DNA of 64,000 nucleotides, taken from Podarcis vaucheri (taxonomy: Eukaryota). Where the stretch lies: the NCBI GenBank assembly GCA_965113315.1, contig OZ220369.1. One strand, given 5' to 3'. The position numbers were made by a program, and so were the translations under genes. This document shows, one piece after another, positions 36,855-49,755 of this stretch. The notes below the pieces were generated by a model. It ran no database searches. It saw only the letters and a program-made list of their open reading frames with translations, and was not told where the DNA came from. The first letter of the stretch is position 1. Each line of letters opens with the position of its first letter.

Positions 36855-37370
36855 GTGTAGACAATACAAAGCTAGATGGAATAATGGTCTGGAGCAATAT
36901 AAGGAAACTTCCTACATTCCTGGGATCCTGTGCTAAACTTTCTCTACCATAATCCTTCTATCGATGTGCATAACTGCAGAGAGCATCATCAGAGAGGCAA
37001 CAAAAGAAGATCCACAACTTAAGGGTTTCAGCCTAATCCACCTACTTCTGATGCCTTGGCAAAAACCCCCACAAAATCCTGTCTATTTGCATCTGCAGCA
37101 ATAGAAGGACCAGGCAAATCCTCTGGGTAAATAGCTCGCTGTCTAATGCAGCTGCCAGATCTAGCCACAGGCCTAGCATGAAGCTGAGACAAGGCTGGAG
37201 GTAAGGTCAAGGCACGAATGGGAAGCAAAGCTAAAGAGGACCAAGGGAGCTCATCATGTCCTCATGGCATTAAGGAGACAGTCTGGCAGTCTCCGCTCAA
37301 GGCCACTGCAATATTATAACATCAGTGGGAGTGTGCAAGACTCCCCAACCCCGTCATTTAATTATTCTCT

Positions 37371-38520
37371 TGTATATATTTTTTTATTAAGTTTTCTGTT
37401 TTACAATTTAAGATATCGATGATTTCCCTTCCTCTCTTTCAATGGTTCATTTCACATATCATAAATCCCTGCATATTTTACAAAAACTGTACCATCCAGT
37501 ATTCCATTGTTGCATCCATCAAAACTTATTTACACTGTTGAATTTATCTTAATGCTGCCAGCGTTTTCAGCTGTACACAATTATTTCCCATATATTCAAT
37601 AAACGTTTTCCAATCTTCTTTAAAAATGTGTTGTTCTCGTTCTCTTATTCTAAATGTTAAGTCTGCGAGTTGTGCATATTCTGTCAACTTAAGTTGCCAT
37701 TCTTCTTCAGTTGGGACCTCGCTCGTTTTCCATTTTGGGGCTAACAAAACATGGGCAGCAGTGATAGCATACATAAATAACCTTTTTTTTGACACATGGG
37801 AATTTCAGTCTGAATTATCCCCAACAGAAAGGACTCTGGGTTTTGGGGGGAAACTACTTTAAAAAAATTTTTTTCAATTCATAATGGTTCATTTTCCAGT
37901 ACTCTTTTACCCTTTTGCAAGTCCACCGCATATGAAAGAATGTTCCCGCCACCTCTTTGCATCTCCAGCACTTACCGTATTTTTCGCCCTATAGGACGCA
38001 CATTTTCCCCTCCAAAAATGAAGGGGAAATGTGTGTGTGTCCTATGGGGCGAATGCAGGCTTTCGCTGAAGCCTGGAGAGCGAGAGGGGTCGGTGCACAC
38101 CGACCCCTCTCGCTCTCCAGGCTTCAGGAAGCTCTGCACAACCCTCGGGAGACCGGCTCTGAGGGTTGCGCAGAGCTGCCTGCAGTCCCGGGCTCAGCGC
38201 AGCTCTGCGCGGCCATCGGGAGCGGAGCGCGAAGTCCCGCCCAGCTCCCGGTGGCTGCGAAGAGCTGCCTGCAGTCCCGGGCTCAGCGCACTTCTCCCCA
38301 TCGCCAGCCCCACAAGCTCGGGGGACAGCGGGGAGGCGGAGCACGCCTTCCCGCTGTTCCCCGACCTGGTTCTTCCAGCCCCGCACCTGGGGGGGAAATA
38401 AATTTTTTTTTCTTTATTTCTCCCCAAAAAAACTAGGTGCGTCCTATGGGCTGGTGCGTCCTATGGGGCGCAAAATACGGTATTTGATTCAGTCTTATAC
38501 ATCTTAGCGATCATATATCT
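37371..38520 (-). mobile_element. 5'-truncated L1 (ORF2 C-terminus plus 3' UTR), interrupted by a Tc1/mariner MITE
   Basis: Minus-strand peptide KCWRCKEVAGTFFHMRWTCKRVKEYW (L1 ORF2 CCHC knuckle) and LFMYAITAAHVLLAPKWK...EDWKTFIEY; 17-bp TSD TCATTTAATTATTCTCT (37354-37370 and 38521-38537). Confidence 0.9.
37975..38480. mobile_element. Young Tc1/mariner (Tigger/pogo-like) MITE
   Basis: TIRs CCGTATTTTTCGCCCTATAGGACGCAC / GTGCGTCCTATGGGGCGCAAAATACGG with TA on both sides; CpG-rich interior. Confidence 0.92.
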
Positions 38521-41500
38521 TCATTTAATTATTCTCTACTATTTTCAGTATGAACTATTCCTTTTAATTCATTAAAGCAGGGGTAGTTCACCAGTGGCCC
38601 TTCAGATTCTGTTGGACCAATTCTCACTGCTGGGATCAACAGTAGGTTCCCTCCTGGTAGTTCTGCTGCCCTCATGTATCTGGGTGGTGGGAGGAGAGGG
38701 CATTGTCTGTGGCAGCCCCTAAGTTGTGGAATTTCCTCCCTGCAGAGATGTGTCTAGTACCTTCATTATATAGTTTCACTTGTATGCTTAAGGCACAACT
38801 TTTTACCCTTGCACGACTAAACGACTAAACAGCAACAACAACTCATCATGAAGTTGTTACAGTAAGTGTCACACTTTCAACATTGGGGGGGGGGGGTTGC
38901 CGGTACTGCATGCCCTTGAGTACCCACAGAAAAAAGCATTGGGTACAGCAGGGGTAACCAAAGTGGTACCCTCCAGAAGTTATTGGACTCCAGCTCCTAT
39001 CAGCTCTGGCCAGCAGTGCCAAACATCATGAATAATGGGAGCGGAAGTCCAACAATACCTGGAGGGCACCATATTGATGACATCTGGGATGCAGACATGG
39101 AGATTTCAGGTTGGTTCCTGCAGTTAAAGTTTCCGCATTCCCAATTTCCCATGTGGCAACACTTATCACCAGGGCAGTTTACAAAACCAACATATCAGAA
39201 ACGATCACATTTTATTTCAATTGCCTTTTTTTTGTATAGTCCTCCCTACCAATGCTACATAGCCAAATTAGATGGGTCCTGTAGCATTGCAGTGCCATCT
39301 CTCAAATGACACGACCCCTGGTTCATTGGGAGAGAACAGAAGGGCAGCAAAGAAGCAACAGAGGAGAAGGTGGTGGGGAGAATCTGCAAAGTCAAAATAA
39401 CAGAAAAATAGGTACGTGGGGGCCCTGTGTACATTCAAAAAAACCCATTCCCTCCCATATTTTGTATTCTCCCACCCCCATTGGTGCAGCCCTAGTTTAT
39501 TTGGTTACTTCAAACACTATGTGGCAAAGCATCCTATGGGAGCAGACATATTTTTTTCTGTGCAAATAAATTTTCCTTGTAAAAATGAATTCTCATCAGC
39601 CCCAGCCAGCATGACTGTGGTGCCTCGGGCTAATGGGAGTTGCAGTCCAAACATCTGAAGGGTGTGGAAGGCTGTTCCACTTCCAAAACTAGGATTTTGC
39701 TGTGTGGGCTTTATTCCCACTGCTGCCCATTCTCCTGGAAGCTTGTGATCAATACAGCACATAGAGAGGGGATAACATCGCCCATGCGAATAATCCAATT
39801 GATTCAATGAGGCAACTAATCATATGACTTCTATTTACTTACGTACTTGGCTGTTTGCAAAGGTAACCTTTCGGATATGAAGTCTGACAATCTTTTCAAG
39901 ATTACTATCCAAATTAAGCATCTAAAAACACCTGGGTGAAAATGCCCCAGGCCAGGTCAAGGGAGGGGGAGAACCCACAGACACCCCAGTTAACTGTGCG
40001 ATTGCTTAAAGGAGGAGGAATCCCTCCAGATCTTGATCTCTCTTTTTCTTCTTCTTCTAATGGCACAAAACCAGTCATGAGCAGATGCACTGTAAGAGGC
40101 GCTCCCAAGCATATTTCATCGTACTTTTCATTGTCGAAAGTGCACATTTTCCATAGCACCCTGCAATATAAATAAGAGATGGGAGCACTTCTGGGGCTGA
40201 TCAATTTTCTGCCCCTTCAGATTTGAATACTTTATTTTATATTGCATCTGTAGTCCATTGTACAACTTGAGATTATTTATCCTTCTGCAAAGTGTTGCAA
40301 ATTTCCTCATGAAAAAGTCAATGCAACACCGGTCTGAACAGCACTACAAGCTGTTCCCTGTTTTCAGCTGAAGGTAGGTAAGCCAGGGTGCTAAGTGTTG
40401 GCTGTTGGAGATGCCACAAAGCACATGACTGGGCTTCTAATGCTTGTGCAGTCAGCTCAGGCCTGTCCATTCCAGAGGAATGCTTGCCTACCAAACATTG
40501 TCCATTGGTGGATACATTCCAAGCATTTAGATTTTCATGGGTGGGGAACTTAGACCAGACCACTGGAATCACCAAGGAAGAAGAGAAAGGGGGACATTAA
40601 TCTGCATATCTGTGTGTCCTGAATTCTTCATTTTCGAGTGGCCCTGTTTCCTACTTCACAGAGATTACTCTTCTCAGTCCAAGTCCTGTTGGAACACAGA
40701 TGGAGCCCGGAGAGAAAAGAACTGGTGATAACACATGGCTGAGGAAAACTAAACAAAAACTGTGTAGTAAGAGCAGTTTTGTGTTTCTTACTTCAAGCCT
40801 TGTATATTGCAGGGAGACATTCAATCAAAGGTACAGAGGAAAAACTCCCGCAGCTTTGCACAGCCAATCAGAGTGTGTGCCAGCTTAGCAAATATCATGC
40901 CACTCTACTTAGTTTCTAAGCAACACCTTCACCTGGCACCCTCTTGGCTAGTTGTATTGACCACTAGCAAAATTAACTTAAGCTGCGAACTGAATGATCC
41001 CTGCTGTTTTACTTCCAACATGAATTCAGGATGAGACGACAATAATATCTAAATTTGCATCTACAAACATAAATTAGCACATGCAAATTTATAAAAATCT
41101 GCACTCCCCTTTGTCCTCTTTTTTGGTGATGTGTTTCTGATTGTTTAGCCAATGTGTAAGGGTTCACTTAGTTTTCTGAGCATCCGAAAAATGCTTATGA
41201 CTCACTGTTCACTGTCAACACTCCTCTAGAGTAAGATCCCAGGTTCTGGCTGGCTTGCATGTGGGATTTAAAAATACCCTTCCAGAGAATGAACCAACCA
41301 TTTGGTTAGGCACAAACATTTCAGAGCGAACACTCAGTGGGGACATGAACAAACACACTTTCATCTTTCAGAAACTGCTTTTTCAACAAAGTGGTTAACA
41401 CACCATGTTTAACTCAAAATATTTTTTCCTCCAAGGATTTTTGTGGCGTTTTGCTCTTTTTTTTGTCCAAAGCCTTGATTTGGCACCCGCTGCTTTGGTT

Positions 41501-41879
41501 TAGTTTCACTTTCCTTGCAGAAATGGCAAACTGCTGTGAATTTCAAATGCAGAGCTTTTTCATGTTTCCAAGGAGAATTTGTCATCTGAATTTGGGCTAG
41601 CTAATGTTATGCAAAAATGCTGAGCTCCTCTTTCAGAATGAGGCACTTCAGAGTGCAGGGATGCAAAGACTGGCGAAGCGCCTTGGCTGGGCAGGAGCAA
41701 GAAGGAAGGAAGACATGCTGTTGTGCTGGGGGGAATGAGTGCAGCACAAGGGAAAGATTGTGCAAACATTTTAAAAACTGGGACACAGGGCTGAATGACG
41801 ACCCCACTGTAAGGGCAAAGGGGAGCTGAAGCAAGGGCTCAAGCCACAGGATCTGGGCACCTTGCTCCTTGTGCAGAGG

Positions 41880-42055
41880 AGTAACAGAGGAGGCTGCCTA
41901 TCAAGTCAGACCTCTGGTCCATCTAGCTCAGCATTGTCCACATTAACTAGCAGCAGCTCTCTAGGCTTTCAGGAAAGGGATGCTCTCAGTCCTGCCTGGA
42001 GATGCTGGGGACTGAACCTGAGATTTCTACCTGCAAAGCAGGATTCCTGCACTCA
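41880..42055 (-). mobile_element. tRNA-derived SINE (Squam2-like), followed by a + strand CR1 tail (42050-42160)
   Basis: Reverse-complement homology to 26964-27158. Confidence 0.6.
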
Positions 42056-43672
42056 GGTCCTGCTTGCGGGTTTCCCATAGGCACTTAATTGGCCACTGTG
42101 AGAACAGGATGCTGGACTAGATGGGCCATTGGCCTGATCCAGCAGGCTCTTCTTGTGCTGTTGTTTCTAAATTTGCATGTATGCAAATTAGCCTAAGCAA
42201 CTTTTGTGCAGTCTTTCTCCCAACCCCAACCCCTTTTTGGCAAAGTGTCCAGTGCAGAAGACACAAAGGCCATTTAACAGTTAAAGAGCAAAACACACTA
42301 TCCAGCTCACTTGTAGGAAGAGTCCCCACCTTGAAAATTACGTTTTAGCTGAGACTTCTTTTTCCTTTCAGTACATGCAAACATTGCGGAAAACTTCAAA
42401 ATCCTCAACAAGGGAAAATAAATATACACACACATGCACACACATCTTTTTCACCAAAAATAGAAAGCAAGTTCTGATTCATATTTTTGCTTACTTGGAG
42501 AACTCATCCTCTCCTCTGTTGATTTGTTTAATTAATCCACCAGTTAATTAGGCCCCATTTTTCAAATGATTAATGCTTTGTGAATTTACCATAATGGGTT
42601 TGTTAAAGTGGATTTTTCATTAGCACTGGGAAAAGAATTTGAGTGGGGCTAATTTTAAATTGAAATATTTTTAATATCTATATCCTCCCCTCAACCCTTT
42701 GATGAAAATACTTTTGAAAATTGTTGTTTTTTCATTGCAGTGCTCTGCATGAAGTCAGTCTCTCAATCATTTTTGAAGCTGATAGTCGGCAGAGTATAAG
42801 CTATGGTGTGAAGCAGTCCTGGCCTGGCAGGTCACACCAGAAAAACCTCTGCACAAGTGAGCAAGTTGGAGAAATGACATCCTGTAAAAATGAAACACCA
42901 GGGGCTCATCCAAACCTCTGCTTTGTCCACCGCTTTCCTCCGGGGAAACCCACTGTTTACCACTGAATCAGAGCAAATGTCAATCAGATTCGACATTTGC
43001 TCCAATTTAGCACGAAAGAGTTGGTTTTCCAGTGGAAAGCAGTGGGGCAAAGGCAAAACCTCTTGGACTCTTGCCTAGAAAGTGGAAAACTATTCACACC
43101 TGTTCTGGGGATGGATGACCACCCTCCCCACATTGCAGCATACCAATTCACCACTGTGATTCTAAGCACAGGGTGTCATTGCTAACCACACTGTCAACAT
43201 CATGTGTAACTTCTCTCTCTCTCTTGGCGAGGGGAAAGCTGTGGGCTTAACTACTAGAAAGACTTGAGTAGTTTTCTACAACATGGTGCCCCCTCCCCCA
43301 GCTCCAGTCAACATGGCCAATGGTCAGGGATGATGGGAGTTGAAGTTCAACAGCATCTGAAGGGCACCTTCCTGAGTTGGGCTCTGGGTGGCAGGGGGAT
43401 AGGTGGACACGACTGGAAATGGGATCAGACATTTTGAGATGGGCAGTTATGTGCCAAAGTCTTGCAAAGGGAAGAAGAGACAAGAGAATGGTGGGAATGA
43501 AACAGGCAAACGTAATTACACACTCCTCAAGTTTAGTTCAGAATACCTGAATGTGAGCTGAAAATATGGCTTTCCAACTTGGAATTTTGCATGGAATTTG
43601 CCCGTGCAAGAGGTAATGATGGCCCCCAACTTGCATGGCTTTAAAAGAAAATTAGACAAATTTGTGGAAGGG

Positions 43673-44144
43673 TGCTGCCAGTGACTCCCACGGCAGGTTG
43701 CCAGGAATGTACAAAGGCAAGGAAATTTCTTACCGTCTGCTTTTTATTCAGAATTTACAGAGAGAGGCTATAGAACCCAGCCTCTTAGATAATGGCATCC
43801 CGAGTGAATCTCCACCCCCCATCACTTCCGCTTCCTCATTCGTCAATCTCATCACTGCCTCTGTCCTTGAGTTCTTTGCTCTCCTACTTTCAAAGCTTAC
43901 CGGGTTTTGGGGGGGGGGGTCTGGAATGCTTTCAAAAGACACTGTGCCCATCAGCTGTCACCCCTCTGGTGTTTCCTCTCCCTCCTCCTCCTCTCCTCTT
44001 ATTTCCCAACTTTCCCCCTCGTCTGCCTCTGAGCTGTGACCTCCCTCAAACCCCTGTTGTAAATCTAAACTGTCTTCCTCCTCCCTGGAAGGGTCACGCT
44101 GGGGAGGTGGTCTCCACCATTCCTCCTCTGCCCAGTCCCTGACA
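43673..44144 (-). mobile_element. Solo LTR (Gypsy-type) inserted in a CR1 3' fragment
   Basis: Minus strand TGTCAGGG...GGCAGCA, AATAAA near its 3' end (about 43742-43747); CR1 sequence is continuous across it (ATTAGACAAATTTGTGGAAGG | TAAG...TGGCTACTAGCCAGGATG). Confidence 0.7.
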
Positions 44145-46309
44145 TAAGATTTACCAGTGGCTACTAGCCAGGATGACTCTGTTCTTCTTCCACTGGCAGA
44201 GACAACAGTGCATTTGACTACCAGGAGAGGAGAGCCCTCTTGTGCTCAGGTCCTGCTTACAGGTTTTCCATCTGGCTGGCCACTGTGAGAACAGGATACT
44301 GGACTAGATGGGCAACTGGCCTGATTCACCATGGCTCTCCTTAAAACTAGCTGCAGAGAATGGCATAATGAGAAGGGAACCTAAAAAGCACCAAACAGAT
44401 ATTTAAGATTGAGAAACTGGGGAAAATAAGAAGGTATTTGCTAGCTGCTAAAAAGGTCATTATGTAGATGCTGGGTGAGCCTCCCTGGTGAGAGCATTCC
44501 ATAGGTGCAGAGTCTCTGAACCCCACGTCACCCCATCTTGACTGCAGAAAGGCAGCCTCCCTGAAGTGCCTGGGATTGGTGGTAATGATGAAGGCGTGTC
44601 CTTAATACTTGAAAGGATGCAAGGAAAAGAATCTTCCTGTAAGAGGTTAAATCCTCTGACTTGTCTGTGCTTTTGTTTTATGTCTTTGCAGAGCAGATGT
44701 AAAAGAAAGGCTTTCAGTGTCCCTCTGTACTTCAAAGGAATACATAGCCTGGAGTGCAAGCCATAATGTAGGTCAATGCATCTAGAACATGACAAAGGCA
44801 TCACCTTTGATCACTCGGTGGTGATTTGCTTCTAGTAACAAAATGGGAAGCTGGCTGAAGCAGCAGATGCGAGGAGCGGGTCCCTCTAGTCTAGAGCTTT
44901 TAAAATTGACTTAAACAGATACAAATGTTAGCAACACAACAGAGATGAATCTGAAGAGGCGGGGGGGGGCATAGAATGACAGTGTACCACTGTGGAAAAA
45001 CCTATTGCACCACTCTTCATACATTACAGCATACACACATTTTCTATTGATTTAAATAATATTTGATTGAGAAGTCCTCTGGCTTTTAATTATCATGCAA
45101 TGCAAGTTAAATATACTTGCATTTTTGCCCAGCACTGATTAGGGTGCCTGTTGCTGCCATTGCCTTAAGCGCAACAGGGGGCACAGGAGAAGGTCTCACT
45201 GAAGGTCTCATTGCCAGGGACCCCCTCAAATTAGGAGCTGGACCTGTCACATGGAGTGGCAGTAAGGGTCAATAGTTCTCACCAGGGTTCTCTCCATGAA
45301 CTCAGCACATATTATAGAAGATGCCCCAGAAGCCTCTGCAACGTGTTGAGGTTGTGTAGCAGATGCTTGGGAGGTTCCTTGGCAGATGAGCCAATGATGA
45401 AAGTGGATGTGGAAAAGACATTTGTCTACTCCATTAACATTATCTGTCTATTTGATAAAAAATAGATCAGCCAAGCCATACAACTGTTGCTGTTCCCATC
45501 ATGATGCAGATAACCATGGGCCTTGTGATGACCAAGGATGAGACATTTATTTACAGTCATGGGGAGGGGACCCTCTCCTTGACCATCTGTGTCTCTTCCA
45601 GATGGCAGATGGCTTTGCAATGGCTGTGGTGCTCTTAAATGGTTGGCTTGTTGACCTGTGGAATCACTGGGGCTTTTTTCTGCTGTGAGTACTTTGATTT
45701 TCCCAACTATGATTAAAACAAGCCTAAGGCCCTGTTAGAATTCTTGCCTGTTCCTTCTTTTTCTTGGAAACTGGCTGGACAACACTGTAGCTGCCCCAGC
45801 ATAACCTTATTGCCTCTAATTGTAACTAAGGAGCTTTCCTCACTGTTCAACATTAATCTGGGAACGTACTAAGAATGTAGCTCCTTCACTAATCCTGGGT
45901 GATGACCGGGAGTAAGACAGCTGTCGCCGCTGTGGCCAGTCATCTGCTCTGAAGTTGTTGGGTTTTTTTCTTTAAATGCTGTCACTCTTCCTTGTCTGCA
46001 ATAACAGAGTCCAACATGAGAGTACAATAGCCAGTCAGCAAAAGCTGCTCCCAACCCACAGTCTCTCTCTGTAAAATGTATTCGTATGCAAGGGCTGGGA
46101 ATGTTGGCAATCTGCATTGTGGCCTAGCTCAGCCTTCCCTTATGGCTGTGCTAGTTAAGGCTGATAGTCCACAACAGCTGGAAATGCAACAGCAGAGGTA
46201 ATTAAGGGTTAATTCTGTTGCCAGTCACTGACCAACCGGCCAAGTGGTGGGTGGATGTGTTAGTAGCAACCAGGGCAGGTGGCATGAATTTTATTGAGGT
46301 GGCAAATGC

Positions 46310-46734
46310 ACCAGTCGTGAAAGACCTACATTGGCTCCCAGTACGCTTCCGAGCACAATTCAAAGTGTTGGTGCTGACCTTTAAAGCCCTAAACGGCCTC
46401 GGCCCAGTATATCTGAAGGAGCGTCTCCACCCCCATCGTTCTACTCAGACTCTGAGGTCCAGCGCAGAGGGCCTTCTGGCGGTTTCCTCACTGCGAGAAG
46501 CCAAGTTACAGGGAACCAGACAGAGGGTCTTCTCGGTAGTGGCACCCTCCCTGTGGAACGCCCTCCCACTAGATGTCAAAGAGAACAACAATTATTAGAC
46601 TTTTAGAAGACATCTGAAGGCAGCCCTGTTTAAGGAAGCTTTTAATGTTTGATGTATTACAGTATTTTAATATTTTGTTGGAAGCCGCCCAGAGTGGCTG
46701 GGGAAGCCCAGCCAGATGGGCGGGGTATAAATAA

Positions 46735-46780
<46 letters not shown>
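46310..46780 (+). mobile_element. L2 LINE 3' end
   Basis: Peptide PVVKDLHWLPVRFRAQFKVLVLTFKALNGLGPVYL...FSVVAPSLWNALP typical of the L2 ORF2 C-terminus; GCCGCCCAGAG...GATGGGCGGGGTATAAATAAA plus (ATT)n tail. Confidence 0.92.
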
Positions 46781-46820
46781 GCTGTTTAACTGTGCTGGAG
46801 TTTTCTTGTGGATCTAAATC

Positions 46821-46942
46821 CAGTGCTTTTTTTCTAAAAAAAATGTTAGGGGTACTCTCATTTTCCTACTCATACTTAGGTTCACTTAGATTCACAAAAT
46901 GTTTACGGATACCTCTGTGTCCCCCTCAGAAAAAATGCCTCT
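46821..46942. mobile_element. Degenerate hAT-like element, family of 618-793
   Basis: CAGTGCTTTTTTTC terminus; GGGGTACTCTCATTTT is a near reverse complement of 751-766. Confidence 0.55.
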
Positions 46943-48092
46943 GAACAAAGCCTGTTGAAAGAAGGCCCAAAAAACTAACAACCCTTCTTTCCTTTCTGCT
47001 CATGTTGCATACTTGCATTATCTGTTCACTTTGTGCACTAAAGTTTTACCCGGGTTTTCTCTCTGCATCCCATATGTATTATTCAAGTCCCCTGCCATGG
47101 TGGGGAAGATGTGGCCTAGCTTGTCACTTAAGAGTTGGGAATCTTCAAGCATGCAAATAGTGGAGGGAACAGAGGAGAATTATTCTGCTGGAGGGCAACC
47201 ATGTGTTCTTCTTTACAGATAACAGCTCTTTGTTTGAGGAGCCCTGTGTGTGGAAGGTTGTCCAGTGCAAGTCCAGTTTAAAGATGGAGAAGCCTAGAGA
47301 AACAGGCTTTAAAGTTGCCCATCAGTAGTGAGCACCTGGACAGCAGACTGGTCAGGCAAGCACACAGGTGTTCTGCTAAGGGCAGCTGCTCTTTTGGATT
47401 CAGAGGTAACAGGCAGGCTTTGGGGTGATGAGTACTAGTTTTATTCATTGCATAGCAAGTATTAGACATAAAATGCACAATAACCCAACAAACAGACTTC
47501 TCTAACTAAGCAAGCCAGACTACTGAGTACTTCAACACAACTACAATAAAACAGTTTCCAGATTGCTTCATTCTTACATTCCATCAGTTGTTGGAGAACC
47601 CCTAGACACAACAGTGAATGACCCACTTTCAGCTGGGGCTGGTTAATGCATAGCACCATCCTGATCTATACTGAATTCCCATTGCCAGTAACTCAAGCTC
47701 TCATGTGAGTCACAAGTCAGAGGTCCTAAGACTCCCCCCATAAATATCAAGGGGATGGATGATGAGATGGCATGTGAAGCTGTCTCATGACCCTGCCTCT
47801 CATAGTCACAGCATGTGACTTCACCTTGCTAATGTCTAAGGCAGCGTTTTGCAACCTTGGGGCCCCAAAATCCCTGAGCACTGTGTCGCGAATTCCTCGC
47901 GGCGCTTTTAGCGAACGCTCAGAGTCCCAGGTTTCTTTTCAGTGCAGTCTTTTTAATGTGAGCTATATACAAGTATTTACAAAAACAGTCCATACAGAGT
48001 ACCTGCTCCTTAAGGCAAATGAATACTCTCCACCACAACACCAAAGCACAACCACCACAACCACTGTTGAACAGGCTTTCCTTTTTAAAACA

Positions 48093-48316
48093 GAAGAGTT
48101 TGGATTTGATATCCCGCCTTTCACTCCCCTTCAGGAGTCTCAAAGCGGCTAACAATCTCCTTTCCTTTCCTCCCCCACAACAAACACTCTGTGAGGTGAG
48201 TGGGGCTGAGAGACTTCAAAGAAGTGTGACTAGCCCAAGGTCACCCAGCAGCTGCATGTGGAGGAGCGGAGACGCGAACCCGGTTTCCCAGATTACGTGA
48301 CTACCGCTCTAATCAC
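48093..48316 (-). mobile_element. tRNA/CORE-type SINE with L2-like tail (Squam3-like)
   Basis: Minus strand: box B-like GGTTCGCGTCTCC, CORE-like GGGTGACCTTGGGCTAGTCACACTTC...CTCAGCCCCACTCACCTCACAGAGTGTTTGTTGTG, tail GGCGGGATATCAAATCCAAACTC. Confidence 0.8.
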
Positions 48317-49755
48317 ATTCCTGCTGAGTCACTCTGACCCAGCACTTCACAGAGTATTGCATCAGCCTATTGAAGCCTGCAGACTTACTCAGTATCCTGC
48401 GAATCCCAACACACTGGCCATGCTGGCTAGAAGAGATGGAAACTGTGGTCCAACAACATCTAGGGACTCACGGTTGAGAAAGGCTGGCCTAAGGGATGGC
48501 CACCTGTCAATGCCAGGTCAAGAACTTCAGCAGTGTTGACTTGAGCAGAATATGATCAACTCTTTCAGGACTTCAGTCTAGAACTTTAGAATATTATACC
48601 TGCTAAGCAAATTCTCATGCCAAGTCTATGCCTGGGCACCTTTGAAGGCTTCAAAGAGGGTAATTGCCAAGCATCATTTCTAATCTCATGATTGCAATGG
48701 TCTTTCAGATATGTCCCATAACAACAGGTCACCTGGTCAAAAAAACTCCCCTGCAACGGGGAGATAGGAAAAAGTCCTGTACCTCAGGAGTGCAACATTA
48801 CAGACAAGTGCTGCCTTATAGCAAATAAGACCACTTGTCCATCAAGCTCGGTATCACATGCTCTGGTGACCCTCCCTGGGACTGTATGGTGAAGTTTGGG
48901 TAAGAAGTCCAATTAATAAATAGCAGGTCTGAGAAAGGCAGGCATTACACAGATGCAGAATCTCCTACCCACTTTTCAGTATGGTGAAATATTAAGAGTC
49001 AGCAGTACCTGCGGCTACTTGCCTTGATAAAGATTCGGAAACCCTGTCCTAGATGACATCCTGACACATGATATGACAGAACCTGTCCCTTAGAATTTAG
49101 GACTTGACATAAATCTGGCTACGCAACGAATAACCTTTTGCTCTTTCTTTGAGAAATTCTTACCTGACAGTTAAATTGTGTTGTTTTTTTCCAGTTTGGC
49201 ACATTGGAACTTAATCTCAAGAACCCAAGACCCTAATATGGTGGATATTCTGAAAAGTTCTAATCATATTAAGCTTTTTGTAATCCCTGTGTGAAATATT
49301 TCAAATGCTTTCTTCTAAAATATGCCCCACATGCTTTAAAACACCACCTCCGCTTCTTTCCTTAAGGAAGCCGTTCACTTGGTCTCCAGCAAAAATATAA
49401 CAAGACCTCAAGCAATGCTGTAGTAGCGATTGGAGGTGAACTAGTATCCCACTGTTCACCCTAAAGGGGCCAAGCTTTTGAAGACACTTTATTCAAACGG
49501 TCATAAAAGACTCATTTGCAGAGGGCCTGCCTCCTCTGCCTCTGCTGTCTCCAGCTTCTAGAACCAGGGATGGTTGCACCAGTCTACCTTCTGGGTCCAT
49601 TTAGTGATGGATACAAAGACTGTCCAATCCTGTCTATATTCAGATTTTTTAAAGCGAACAATCAAATCAGTATAAAATTCTCTTTAAAAGATATATTAGG
49701 AGAGTACGCAAACCTCACCATTCATGATCCAAATCGGGAGCTGATTTGTTCGGGA

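Larger units (their letters stand above)
36208..36922 (+). mobile_element. tRNA-derived SINE (Squam2-like) split by two hAT insertions
   Basis: Head and body to GCCAGTCAGTGTAGAG (36341) resume as GTGTAGACAATACAAAGCTAGATGG (36855 onward), collinear with intact copies. Confidence 0.8.

Noticed and set aside
37940-38507. Several 110-160 aa ORFs
   Set aside because: Arise from the GC-rich MITE interior; no transposase motifs.
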